The translations under genes were made by a program, and so were the position numbers. The notes under the pieces are model-generated. The model was not told the DNA's origin. It did not search any database and saw only the letters and a list, made by a program, of their open reading frames with translations. A DNA stretch of 64,000 nt from Candidatus Zipacnadia bacterium. Its GTDB lineage: Bacteria > Armatimonadota > Zipacnadia > Zipacnadales > Zipacnadaceae. Each line of letters begins with the position of its first letter. Within the stretch, counting starts at the first letter, position 1. The stretch lies in NCBI GenBank assembly GCA_029820565.1, contig JALGUR010000003.1:3304-67303 (forward strand), in the 5' to 3' direction. Below, one piece after another: positions 30,828 through 40,354 of the stretch.

Positions 30828-32143
30828 ATAAGTGACCTCCCGCCGTCAATGGCATCCCAGACCATCCGGGGAATCCAGCCTCGGCGGATAACGTCTTTGA
30901 CTATGTTCCATTGCTTGGTGCGCTTGGTCTCCGGGTCTACGGTCATCATATCGGCGATGGAATCAGCCGCCAGTTGGGGGTACAGGCTCAGCATCCAGGG
31001 ATGGCGCTCCATAAACCCGGTGGCACGGCGGTACTTGCGCAAATCGTTCATCGTCGGGGCTTCTTTCTCCAGGCGCTGGCGGTATTTGTGCAGAGTTTTG
31101 GCCGAGAAATCGCCCTTCTCGTGAGCCTCAATAGCAGTCTCGGCGGCCATCTTACCTGAGAGAATGGCGTGATTGCTGCCTTCGCGGTGGAGGCCATTGA
31201 CCAGTTGGGCGGCATCGCCGACTACCATCACCCCGTGGCCAAACAGCGCGGGCAGGCGGTTATAGCCGCCTTCGGGGATAAGGTGGGACATATACTCGCC
31301 GCTCTCCCCGCCAGCGATCAGCGGCGCGACTACCGGGTGCTGCTTGAGTTGCTTGAGCATATCAAACGGGGTGGTATGGTCTTTGACGGCGTCGGCGAGC
31401 AGTACCCCCACGCCCAATGAGATGCTCTCCTGGTTGGTGTACAGAAAGGCAGTGCCCAGCATCCCCTGGGTGGAGGCCCCGTACATTTCAATGGTAGCGC
31501 CCTCTTCGGGGCCCAAACTGAAGCGATCCTCAATGACCTCACGGTCCAGGCGGATGATCTCTTTGACGGTGCTGGCCGCGTCCTCCAGGCGCAAGTCGCT
31601 CTGCATGTCCAATGCTTTGGTCAACTCACAGTTGACGCCTTCAGCGATAATTACTATCGGCGCGTAGACCTCGCCCTCGGGCCGCCCGGTGCGCACGCCA
31701 GCGGCGCGGCCATCTTCTTGAAGCACCTCGTCTACTTTGGTCTCGTTGATAATCAGCGCGCCGGCTGCCTCTGCCTGCTGGGCGAAATACTCATCAATCC
31801 TCACCCGCAAGACGGTGAAGGAATTAGGGATATCTTCGGCAAACTGGCGGCTGCGGTAGCCAAGTTTAATGGCCGAATCCTCGGTTAGTATCCAGGCATT
31901 CTGTTCAATGACACAGCGCTCCAGGGGCGCGTCTTTCCAGAATTCGCCAAAGACCTCAGCCGTAGGCCGCGTGTATAGGACCCCGCCCATAACATTTTTG
32001 ACCCCGGGCTTGCGGCCTCGCTCAAAGACGATGGTTTCCAAGCCGGCGCGGGCGCAAACTGTAGCCGCGGCCACTCCGGCCGGCCCAGCGCCGACTACAA
32101 TGACATCGAACTTCGGAGCAATAGCACCTTCAGATTCACTCAT
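30824..32143 (-). CDS. fixC: Electron-transfer-flavoprotein:quinone oxidoreductase FixC (FAD-dependent)
   Basis: 439-aa ORF with the FAD motif DVIVVGAGPAGVAAA. Length and pattern are FixC/EtfQO-like, and fixX is immediately downstream. Confidence 0.85.
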   Translation of the reverse strand: MSESEGAIAPKFDVIVVGAGPAGVAAATVCARAGLETIVFERGRKPGVKNVMGGVLYTRPTAEVFGEFWKDAPLERCVIEQNAWILTEDSAIKLGYRSRQFAEDIPNSFTVLRVRIDEYFAQQAEAAGALIINETKVDEVLQEDGRAAGVRTGRPEGEVYAPIVIIAEGVNCELTKALDMQSDLRLEDAASTVKEIIRLDREVIEDRFSLGPEEGATIEMYGASTQGMLGTAFLYTNQESISLGVGVLLADAVKDHTTPFDMLKQLKQHPVVAPLIAGGESGEYMSHLIPEGGYNRLPALFGHGVMVVGDAAQLVNGLHREGSNHAILSGKMAAETAIEAHEKGDFSAKTLHKYRQRLEKEAPTMNDLRKYRRATGFMERHPWMLSLYPQLAADSIADMMTVDPETKRTKQWNIVKDVIRRGWIPRMVWDAIDGGRSLI

Positions 32144-33314
32144 TATTGACTATCCCCTCTACAGCCTTAGCCGTCTTCATTGGTAACGCCGCCGCCACGG
32201 TAGAATGATGTGCGTCAAGGATCGGTTCGCCGCGCTGACTCAAGTCGTCGGCTGCCTCCTCAATAGCATCCATCACGGCTCTGGTGCCGGCCTTGAAGAC
32301 TTCTTCAGTCTGGTCATCTACAATCCCTGAGGTGCCCATCTCAGTAAAGCCAATCACCAATGAGGCGGGGTAAGGATCACTTCTCAATAGATTAAGAGTA
32401 TACAGGTGAGTCTGTTCAGGGCCTGCGTAGAAAATGGTCTCGGGAAAGTTCATCCAAATCACTACCTGCGGTCCCCAGGCCTCCCGGGCCTCGGCCAGGG
32501 AAAGGTCACCTACCGGCGGTGGGGTGAATGCCTCTACCACATCTATACCTGTCTGGCGGATCAGGTCCTTGAAGGCTTTCAAATTCGAATTATGAGCGTG
32601 CACGCCACAAATCTTGCCCGCCGCGTGCAGGCGGGGTATGTATTCCTGGTAGAACGGCAACAAATATTTTTCAAATTGCGCCGGGCCGTAGTTTCCGGAT
32701 AGCGAGCCTACGGCTACAAACTCAGCAGGAGAGGCAGCGACCAGCGGGAATTTTCTTTCCATCATTCTGGCTAAGGCAGATAGTAGTTCATCAAATTCGT
32801 CGGGGTGATCAATCTGCTCATAGGCCCACTGCTCAAGCCCAAAATACCCCTCGGTTGTCACATAGGGAGGGTCCAGGCCGTCGCGGTCATAGGGAATACC
32901 ATCGGTGCCTAAATCGCGCACCAGGCAATGGTAATCATCATAGGCAGGATAGAAGATGGTATCGTCAATCATAAAGATGACTGGGGCGTAGTCATCGCTA
33001 TCTTCAATCAGCCAACTTTTCTGCCACGAGCCGATAGTGCCCACCATCCGGCTCAAATGGGCTTTCCTGCTGGTAGACACACTTCCTACCGGGGTATGAT
33101 AAACAGTTGTCAGCGGATCCCCCGGAATGGTTTCAACCCTCACATTAGGCTGCTCGGCCCGGACCGTGCCGCACCCCACGCACAGGCCGACCCCGCGGTT
33201 CCTCATCTCCCGTTCAAAGTCCCCGCGGTGAAGATGGTGGGCAAAGGGAGCAAAGGGGACCTGGTCAGGCCGCTGGTGGTGCAGGACAGCATTTATCCGC
33301 TCCAAGAAGTTCAC
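32136..33314 (-). CDS. Uroporphyrinogen decarboxylase (URO-D) superfamily protein, MtaA/MtbA-like
   Basis: 392-aa ORF with an N-terminus ERINAVLHHQRPDQVPF and the region HAHNSNLKAFKDLIRQTGIDVVEAFTPPPVGDLSLAEA, both typical of URO-D-fold proteins. It overlaps fixC by 8 nt. The family call is from memory only. Confidence 0.5.
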   Translation of the reverse strand: MNFLERINAVLHHQRPDQVPFAPFAHHLHRGDFEREMRNRGVGLCVGCGTVRAEQPNVRVETIPGDPLTTVYHTPVGSVSTSRKAHLSRMVGTIGSWQKSWLIEDSDDYAPVIFMIDDTIFYPAYDDYHCLVRDLGTDGIPYDRDGLDPPYVTTEGYFGLEQWAYEQIDHPDEFDELLSALARMMERKFPLVAASPAEFVAVGSLSGNYGPAQFEKYLLPFYQEYIPRLHAAGKICGVHAHNSNLKAFKDLIRQTGIDVVEAFTPPPVGDLSLAEAREAWGPQVVIWMNFPETIFYAGPEQTHLYTLNLLRSDPYPASLVIGFTEMGTSGIVDDQTEEVFKAGTRAVMDAIEEAADDLSQRGEPILDAHHSTVAAALPMKTAKAVEGIVNNE

Positions 33315-33356
33315 TATGGCACACTTTTTGTCAGCAAAGGATCAGTGATTAGGTTC

Positions 33357-34634
33357 TCAACCGCTCGTTGTCTGGCCCAGCAGGGCCTCTTTAAGATTGC
33401 GCTCTTTGGCCAGGCGGATAAGCTCGGGCACTACCTGGTACAGGTCGCCGACGATGCCGTAGTCTGCAACGTTGAATATGGAGGCATTGGGATCGGAGTT
33501 GATGGCTACGATGATATCCGAAGTTTGCATACCCACCAGGTGCTGGATAGCGCCGGAGATGCCACAAGCAATATACAGGCGGGGGCGGACAGTACTCCCG
33601 GTCTGGCCGACCTGGTGGTCGTGAGAGATCCAGCCGGCGTCCACGGTGGCGCGGGAGGCACCCATTACCCCGCCGAAGGCATCGGCCAACTCCTGGATCA
33701 GTTTGAACCCGGCGGGGTTGCCCAGGCCGCGGCCCCCCGAGCAGATAACCTCGGCATACTGCAGATTGGGCGCGTCCAGGTCAGTATCGGGCTGGAAGCC
33801 AGTTATTTTTGTGGCAATCTGATCTTCCGTTATGCCCAGTGGCTCGGCGACTGTGGCCACGCTCCGGCTCTCGTCGCGGGGCAGCGCCTCCATCACCCGA
33901 GGCCGAACTGTCGCCATCTGCGGCCGGTCCTCTCGGGTCAGGATGGTAGCCATAATATTTCCGCCAAAGGCGGGTCGGGTCTGCCGGAGCAAATTGGTCT
34001 CTTGGTCAATGTCCAGGCCCGTGCAATCGGCGGTCAGGCCGGTCTGTAACTCAGTAGCAATAGCGCCGGCGAGGTCGCGGCCCAGGGTAGTGGCTCCGAC
34101 TAAGACTATTTCCGGCTTGTACTTACGGATTAGCGTAATGCACCCACTCGCACAAGGAGCGGTACGATAGCGCTGTAGTACCGGATCATCTATTACGTAG
34201 GCTCTGTCGGCCCCATAGTATCCAGATTCCGTCGCCGCCGCTTGTACATTATGACCCAACACCATCGCGGCCAACTCGCAGGTCAGAGTGTCAGCCAACG
34301 CTCGGCCCCGCCCTAACAGTTCCCAACTGACGGGGTGAACCTGGTCGTCTTCCTGCTCGACGAAGACCCATACGCCGGAATATTCACCGGCCTCCGTGCT
34401 TACGGCTATTTCGGGCTGCTTTTCTTCCTCGCCTTCCTCAACGCCCTCCAGATACAAACAATCGGTGGGGCAGACGGTGATGCACTTGCGGCAGACTTTG
34501 CATTTCTCATAGTCAATAACAGCGACGCCGTCCACTACATGAATAGCATCAAAGGGACATTCGGCCTCACACAGCTCGCAGCCGATGCACTTTTCGGCCT
34601 CAATTTGCAATGTGGGTTTGTTCTTTTTTGCCAT
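33357..34634 (-). CDS. fixB: Electron transfer flavoprotein alpha subunit (FixB/EtfA) with an N-terminal 2x[4Fe-4S] ferredoxin domain
   Basis: 425-aa ORF. The N-terminus has CIGCELCEAECP and CKVCRKCITVCP. The C-terminal Etf-alpha FAD region has IACGISGAIQH and VAINSDPNASIF. Confidence 0.9.
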   Translation of the reverse strand: MAKKNKPTLQIEAEKCIGCELCEAECPFDAIHVVDGVAVIDYEKCKVCRKCITVCPTDCLYLEGVEEGEEEKQPEIAVSTEAGEYSGVWVFVEQEDDQVHPVSWELLGRGRALADTLTCELAAMVLGHNVQAAATESGYYGADRAYVIDDPVLQRYRTAPCASGCITLIRKYKPEIVLVGATTLGRDLAGAIATELQTGLTADCTGLDIDQETNLLRQTRPAFGGNIMATILTREDRPQMATVRPRVMEALPRDESRSVATVAEPLGITEDQIATKITGFQPDTDLDAPNLQYAEVICSGGRGLGNPAGFKLIQELADAFGGVMGASRATVDAGWISHDHQVGQTGSTVRPRLYIACGISGAIQHLVGMQTSDIIVAINSDPNASIFNVADYGIVGDLYQVVPELIRLAKERNLKEALLGQTTSG

Positions 34635-34640
34635 CGGTAA

Positions 34641-35465
34641 TCACTCCCCCGCTCCCGCCGCGAGGTGCTCCAGGAGCTTGTCCAGCAGACTCGCCGCTGC
34701 ACCGGCAGGGTCGTCGGCACCACCGGGGATCATCTCGCCGGGCTCTCGCTCGGGCGGGGCAAAGATGCGGGCTACTACAGTGGGCGAGCCATGCAACCCT
34801 AACGATTCTTCATCTACGTCCAAATCAGCAGCCGTCCAGACCTCGGGCTTATATCGGGCGGCTCGGATCATATTGGGCAAGGAGGCATAGCGCAACTCGT
34901 TCATCTCCTCTACACAGGTCACCAGCGCCGGCAACGGAGCCTGGACCGTCTCGATTCCCCGCTCCAAGCGTCGGTGCACTTTGATAGTTCTCTGGTCCAA
35001 TTCAATCTTGTCAATGCCAATCGCATAGGTAATCTGAGGGAAGCCTAAGCGCGAGGCAATGCCCGGGCCAACCTGGGCGGTATCGCCATCAATGGCTTGC
35101 TTACCGCACAACACCAAGTCCAAGCCGTCTTCCTGGGCAATCTTGCGCAACCCGGCCGTCACCGCGCAACTGGTGGCCAGGGTGTCGGAGCCGGCGAAGG
35201 CGCGGTCACTGAGCAGCACCGCCTGGTCTACCCCGAAGGTGATACATTTCTTCAGCGCTTCGGCGGCCTGAGGCGGGCCCATAGACAGAGCGGTAATATG
35301 CCCACCGTATTTTTCCTTCAGTTGCACCGCCGCCTCGGTAGCGTGGGCGTCAAAAGGATTTAGGATTGAAGGCACGCCTTCCCGGATAAGGGTATTAGTC
35401 TCGGGGTCTATGCGCACCTCGGTTGTATCGGGAACCTGCTTAACACAGACTACCATCCGCAACAT
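34641..35465 (-). CDS. fixA: Electron transfer flavoprotein beta subunit (FixA/EtfB)
   Basis: 274-aa ORF with MVVCVKQVPDT, NPFDAHATEAA and LVLCGKQAIDGDTAQVG. Confidence 0.9.
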   Translation of the reverse strand: MLRMVVCVKQVPDTTEVRIDPETNTLIREGVPSILNPFDAHATEAAVQLKEKYGGHITALSMGPPQAAEALKKCITFGVDQAVLLSDRAFAGSDTLATSCAVTAGLRKIAQEDGLDLVLCGKQAIDGDTAQVGPGIASRLGFPQITYAIGIDKIELDQRTIKVHRRLERGIETVQAPLPALVTCVEEMNELRYASLPNMIRAARYKPEVWTAADLDVDEESLGLHGSPTVVARIFAPPEREPGEMIPGGADDPAGAAASLLDKLLEHLAAGAGE

Positions 35466-35750
35466 TGGCTTGTTTCACGCTCCCCATTCACTACGACGCG
35501 GCCTTGGCCAGGCCGCATCGGAAACTTTATGAGACTGTTGCAAAAGGCGATTGAGTGCTGGTTGGCAGAACAGACCGGGTAAGATCTGGTTGAAAAAATT
35601 AGCCATAAATCGGGGCACCCTGCGGCAGGCTCAGGACAGAGACGATGCCCCTCCTACGAATTGTGCAACAGTCTCCCATGACGAAACCGACGATATTGTA
35701 CCTCTTTTTCTTCTTTATTTCAACACATACCTCCCGCCGCTCGGCCAGGC

Positions 35751-36293
35751 TCATTGTTTCTGCACGCGGCGACTGGCCAGCCACAGGTGATGGCAGACTT
35801 GCGGCCAGTGGGGCAGGGCGCGGACGTCCTGTTCGCCGGCAATTTCGCCGGGGGCGGACAGGCCCTGGTCGTCGTTGGCGGGGCGCATCTCCCAGTAGCA
35901 CTGGCCGGCATGATTGTGCTCGTGGTGAATCACAAAACCGGCCTCTTCCATCACTGGCTCTATCCAGCCCATGCAATGGTCGCAATAGTCATGATAGGCC
36001 TGCCGACCCCTGTCCAATAACAGTCCCAGCGAGGGACAGGCAAACATATCAATGCGGAAGAAATCCTCACCTTTCTGCATATGATAGCCGGCTTCTTCCT
36101 CCTCAAGGGTCTGCGCCCAATACTCCTCCATCCCCGCAATGCCCTGGCCCACAATCAACTCGCGGGCATGGCGCTGAGAGTCCTCGGAGATGGCCGTGCG
36201 CCAGTAGTCGCTGACCGCCTCCTCACCGAAACGCCGGCGCAGATATTCAAAAGTCCAGTCGTAGTACCCGCAGAACTCGGCGCAGCCAATCAT
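35751..36293 (-). CDS. Hypothetical Cys/His-rich protein (tandem paralog B)
   Basis: The ORF is trimmed to MIGCAEFCGYYDW. It shares YWR...EYW...CPxL-x10-12-YCxHC with the upstream gene. It may be ATC-hydrolase-like, but this is not verified. Confidence 0.5.
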   Translation of the reverse strand: MIGCAEFCGYYDWTFEYLRRRFGEEAVSDYWRTAISEDSQRHARELIVGQGIAGMEEYWAQTLEEEEAGYHMQKGEDFFRIDMFACPSLGLLLDRGRQAYHDYCDHCMGWIEPVMEEAGFVIHHEHNHAGQCYWEMRPANDDQGLSAPGEIAGEQDVRALPHWPQVCHHLWLASRRVQKQ

Positions 36294-36295
36294 AA

Positions 36296-36715
36296 CTATT
36301 CTCCCTCCCGGCAAAACCACTGGCAGCAATTACCGTTCCCGCCCGCCACCCGCACCATGATGCTGGCAGGCTCGCATATCGCCCGCGAGATCTCAGTGCA
36401 GTGCTGACAGTACAGGGGCATAATGTCCCGCTCATGCTCGCGGAGGTGCTTTAGTGCCGGGCAGACCTTCACCTCTACCCGGACACAATCGGTCTCTTCG
36501 GTGATTTCCACCTCGCTGCCTGGCTCCTCGGCGAAAAACTCCCGCCAGTATTGGGCCACTGACGGCAGGCCCCCTCCCTTGAATCGCTCAGTCACCGGCG
36601 CAAAATACTCTTCTCCCATCGCCCGCCAGTAGTTGATTAACTCCGCTTCACCATACTCCTCATAGATATGGCGGAACGTCGCATTGATACCAAAATAAAA
36701 GTCAGCAGCAGCCAT
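36296..36715 (-). CDS. Hypothetical Cys-rich protein (tandem paralog A)
   Basis: 139-aa ORF with NYWRAM, QYWREFF, VCPALKHLREHERDIMPLYCQHC and a C-terminal NCCQWFC. Confidence 0.5.
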   Translation of the reverse strand: MAAADFYFGINATFRHIYEEYGEAELINYWRAMGEEYFAPVTERFKGGGLPSVAQYWREFFAEEPGSEVEITEETDCVRVEVKVCPALKHLREHERDIMPLYCQHCTEISRAICEPASIMVRVAGGNGNCCQWFCREGE

Positions 36716-37077
36716 TATCTGTCCCTTCTTCAGCTTCAGTCATTAGCACCCGCGCAGCAGGCGGGCCGGCCTCGCTGCGCTCGAGCCTCCTGCGCCATAG
36801 TAGCCTATGGCTACGGCGGCTGGACACGGCCCCTCCAACGGCGTAACACAATCGTACAGTGAGGTCTTCGGAGGGGCCTGTCGCGGGAAGCTTCGCGCAG
36901 CGAAGCTTTCAAGGCTGGCCCTAAAAGTTGTAAGCAATCTTCGGCTGATTTATGCAACTAAGTGCTAATGTGGTGCTTACTTGCTCTGCATATTCTACTG
37001 CACTTGTCTACTTGTGGCAACCACGCCTGGCCCGCCATAGGCGTTGTCTCTCCGAGGTTATTTCACTGAGCCGGTGG

Positions 37078-37530
37078 TCACTTTTTGCCTTCCAGCCAGC
37101 CTCGGTTGGCCTGCGGAGGGGCGTCACTGTCGGGAATGTGCGGCTTGATGTCTACTACGGGAGTGCCCTCAATGGCATCTAATCCCCGCACCACTAAGGT
37201 CAGGCCCTTTCGTTCCACCAACTCCACTACGTCGAACCCCAGGGGATTAGGGCGATTGGGGGAACGAGTAGCGAACACACCATGCCTGGGCGTGTCAAAC
37301 GGCGGCTGGACCACCAGGTTGTATCCTTCGGATTTGTGCAGCCAATAGAACACATTGATATGCGAGAAACCCTCAATGTCCTGGAGGCCCTCGGCATATT
37401 CGGGGAAAATCTGGATGCGGGCGATTTCGTCTTTACCCGGCGCCGCCCGATGCACGACGCCGATCGGGGTTATCGTGTAGGGCTGATTTTCGCGTTCCAC
37501 TTGGTTTGAACCTTCGGTCTGGTCCGCCAT
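37078..37530 (-). CDS. trmO: tRNA (m6t6A37) methyltransferase TrmO/TsaA family
   Basis: 150-aa ORF with PIGVVH, IFPEYAEGLQDIEGFSHI, RSPNRPNPLG and GLDAIEGTPVVDIKP. Confidence 0.85.
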   Translation of the reverse strand: MADQTEGSNQVERENQPYTITPIGVVHRAAPGKDEIARIQIFPEYAEGLQDIEGFSHINVFYWLHKSEGYNLVVQPPFDTPRHGVFATRSPNRPNPLGFDVVELVERKGLTLVVRGLDAIEGTPVVDIKPHIPDSDAPPQANRGWLEGKK

Positions 37531-37545
37531 TGTAAATCTCGGTGA

Positions 37546-38487
37546 TTATGGTTGGTGCCCTTCCGCCTCAGCCGGGTGGGTGGCGGGGAAGACCAGGGGC
37601 TCGGTGGATTCGGGGCGGACCTCCATCTCAATGGTGGTCTCGGAGAAGCCGAAGCGCCGCTTGAGGATGTCTTCCACGGTCAGGTGCACTTGTCGCTGCT
37701 GCTGGGGGTCGCTGACGGTCGCGGTGACGTGGGCGCTGATGGCCGTGTAAGTGGAGCACAGGCTCCAGGCATGGATATGGTGGACTCCGGTAACCTCATC
37801 CAGCGCCGTGAGGGCCTGGGCGATTTCGTTCAGGTCAACGCCGCGCGGTACACTCTCCAGCAGGATGTAGACAGATTCGCGGCTGATGCGCACTGCACTC
37901 ATCAGTATCAGCAGGCCAATGGCCGCGCTGATTATCGGGTCAATTATGTGCTGGCCGGTGAGGGCAATTAGCACGGCGGCTACCACTACCCCGACCGACG
38001 CCAACAGATCGCCCATAACGTGCAGGTACGCGCCGCGCAGATTGATATCGTCGCCGTGGCCCCGCAGCCGTAACAGGACAACAGCGTTCACGGCCAGACC
38101 AATGACCGCGATGATCAACATCGCGGTGCTTTTGACCTCCGCAGGTTGTAGCAGCCGGTGGTAGGACCTGTGGAAGATGATCCCGGCAATGGCCAGTAGC
38201 GACAGGCCATTGATAAGCGCTGCGAAGACCTCGGCGCGGTGCAGCCCAAAGGTATGATGCTCGTCCGGTGCCCGCAGCGACAGGCGAAACGCCACCAGGG
38301 CCAGCACCAGGGCAAAGACATCGCCGAATACGTGCCCGGCATCACTGAGCAGGGCCAGACTGCCGGTCCACCAGCCGCCGATAACCTCAACAAGGAATAT
38401 CACCGAGGTTAGGGCGATCGCGAACCGCAGTTTCGGCTCTTTGACTTCATCGGATGAACTGAGTCCTGCAGTATGGTCGTTGCTCAT
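37546..38487 (-). CDS. Cation diffusion facilitator family transporter (CzcD/ZitB-like)
   Basis: 313-aa ORF with six TM segments, LLSDAGHVFGD, HVMGDLLASVGV and a C-terminal cytoplasmic domain. Confidence 0.9.
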   Translation of the reverse strand: MSNDHTAGLSSSDEVKEPKLRFAIALTSVIFLVEVIGGWWTGSLALLSDAGHVFGDVFALVLALVAFRLSLRAPDEHHTFGLHRAEVFAALINGLSLLAIAGIIFHRSYHRLLQPAEVKSTAMLIIAVIGLAVNAVVLLRLRGHGDDINLRGAYLHVMGDLLASVGVVVAAVLIALTGQHIIDPIISAAIGLLILMSAVRISRESVYILLESVPRGVDLNEIAQALTALDEVTGVHHIHAWSLCSTYTAISAHVTATVSDPQQQRQVHLTVEDILKRRFGFSETTIEMEVRPESTEPLVFPATHPAEAEGHQP

Positions 38488-38574
38488 AGCGATGCGCTGC
38501 GGGCCGGGTTGAGTGCGCTCGACACGGCCCCTCCAAACGACGGTCGCGACAAGAATGTCGCTCCTACCCGGATG

Positions 38575-40323
38575 TTACACCCTCACATAGACCTGGTAGG
38601 TGTAGGTCAAGGTCCTCTCCTCGCCCGCAGATAGTTTTACGTCCCACTTTATCTGGCTGGTGGGGTTGAGGCCGAAGCTCTCCTCAGCTAGTTTGGTGAA
38701 TTCGCCCTCATCACTGGCCCCGGTCACCTCACCTTCCATCTGGCGGGTGGCGATGAGCCGAATCTCCTCCTGTTTGTGGTTAGTCACCTTTATTTCCCCG
38801 GCGCCGGTTATCAAGTCGTAGTCATAACCCGAGACGCGCCGCGCCTTGGGCTGCCGCTCGGTCTCAGTGTCGGCCTTGCGGACGAGGATGTCAGGGGCGA
38901 CGGTGGTGCGCACGTCCACCTGGGCCCCGATGGCCGTGTAGGTCAGCATGCTCTGGGCAATGGGCCGCCAGCCCTTTACCGTTAGGACGGCGCCGGTAGT
39001 CCAGGGCTGCTCGGTTTCATTCTTAATCCGCAGGGCGTGCCAGGGCTTGGGCCGCGCCAGCTCCCGGGCCACTCGCTCGGCTTCTTCGTCGCGGCTGCCG
39101 CTGCGCTCGGCAGTGTAGCGCAGAGAGTAGCGCCGATAGGCCGTCCCCGGCTCGTCAATGATGCCCAGCAAGTAGACATCTTCGTACTTGATGGGCGCGT
39201 CAAATATGCCCACCGCGGCGCGGCCGCCCTTAGCCAGCGTCATCTCGGCCACATGGTAGAAGAACAATTCCTCGGCACCCAGTCCCGTGATCGCCGGCAC
39301 CGCCATCGGCTCCTCAGGCTGATAGGCAGCATAGCCAGGCGACGCAGGCGGTGGCGGGCTAGGCATTGCCACCTGGGACATCCGGGCGCGCTGATAGACC
39401 TCTCTCTCCCGCCCTTGCAGCGGAGCAAAGTACCCCGAAAGCCGCGTCCAGGCCATCTGCAGCGAAAGCGGCGAGACCTCGCTCTGCTGGATGAAATGGG
39501 GCACGCCGACGACCAGATGCAGGTTGCTGTTGTCCAGGTCTACGACATCATTGATGACCGTCGCTTGCAGGCGCAGGCGGCCGGTGCCTTTCTCCTCGCC
39601 CAATTCCAGCCGATACGAAGGGGTCCATTGCAAGCCTCGCGCCATATAGGCCGTTCCTACATTGGTCTCGCCCACCACGGTCCGGCCGCCTTTGACCAGG
39701 CGCGCCGAAAGCATTTGCTGGGGGCGCGTCACAGTGACCGTGCGAGCAGGATTCTCGTCAAAGGTGACCGTCTTAATCATATTCTTGGGTATCACCACGC
39801 GCCGGCCTGAATTCTCCTGCAGGACCGCGTGGGAGACCTGCTTGCGGCCGGGGTGCTCGCGTGGGGGCACCGCATCCCAGATGGTCCGCTCCTCGGCGTC
39901 GGGCTTTTCCTGGCTGTCGGAAGCCAAGGGAGCCAGCAGCTTGCCCATCCACTTCTGCTCGTCAGGCCCGGTGATGGTGACTTGCCGGCCCACATTAGCC
40001 AGCAGCAGGTCATCAAGATTCTGCACATCATCGGCTTCGCTGAGGTCTTTGACCTCGGCCACGGCGCGGTCCACGCTGACGCCCTCATCGGGACTATAGA
40101 GCCACAGCGTCCCCAGGCTGGCCTGAGGCACCTTATCAAACGTTACCCAGCCGCCGTTAGGCTGGGCCTGGCCCTCAGCCATCACAAAGCCATATCCGTG
40201 CTTGAAGACGGCCACATCTACGACCCGTACTGCGGTCGGCTTCGCCTCGGCGGCCTGAGCGCCAGCCACTGCGACCAGCACCAAGGCCAATCCTACGGCA
40301 TACGTTCCGTACTGTCTTTTCAT
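38575..40323 (-). CDS. Secreted hypothetical protein, possibly DUF4139/DUF4140 (MuiA-like) family
   Basis: 582-aa ORF with a signal peptide ([13 protein letters not shown]). The N-terminal pattern [16 protein letters not shown]...[16 protein letters not shown] and the C-terminal [14 protein letters not shown] fit my recollection of that family. Confidence 0.45.
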   Translation of the reverse strand: MKRQYGTYAVGLALVLVAVAGAQAAEAKPTAVRVVDVAVFKHGYGFVMAEGQAQPNGGWVTFDKVPQASLGTLWLYSPDEGVSVDRAVAEVKDLSEADDVQNLDDLLLANVGRQVTITGPDEQKWMGKLLAPLASDSQEKPDAEERTIWDAVPPREHPGRKQVSHAVLQENSGRRVVIPKNMIKTVTFDENPARTVTVTRPQQMLSARLVKGGRTVVGETNVGTAYMARGLQWTPSYRLELGEEKGTGRLRLQATVINDVVDLDNSNLHLVVGVPHFIQQSEVSPLSLQMAWTRLSGYFAPLQGREREVYQRARMSQVAMPSPPPPASPGYAAYQPEEPMAVPAITGLGAEELFFYHVAEMTLAKGGRAAVGIFDAPIKYEDVYLLGIIDEPGTAYRRYSLRYTAERSGSRDEEAERVARELARPKPWHALRIKNETEQPWTTGAVLTVKGWRPIAQSMLTYTAIGAQVDVRTTVAPDILVRKADTETERQPKARRVSGYDYDLITGAGEIKVTNHKQEEIRLIATRQMEGEVTGASDEGEFTKLAEESFGLNPTSQIKWDVKLSAGEERTLTYTYQVYVRV

Positions 40324-40354
40324 CTCTCTCGCCTCCTTATGTCAGTATTTTCCT

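Noticed and set aside
32928-34049. 373-aa ORF on the + strand
   Set aside because: It is antisense to the URO-D-like gene and etfA, spanning their intergenic gap. It has no RBS or motifs and is a shadow ORF.
35466-36214. Several overlapping 60-190-aa ORFs (for example 35645-36214 on the + strand and 35599-35985 on the - strand)
   Set aside because: They are Pro/Arg/Gly-rich shadow frames over the repeat-bearing etfB upstream region and antisense to the Cys-rich paralog. There is no coding evidence.
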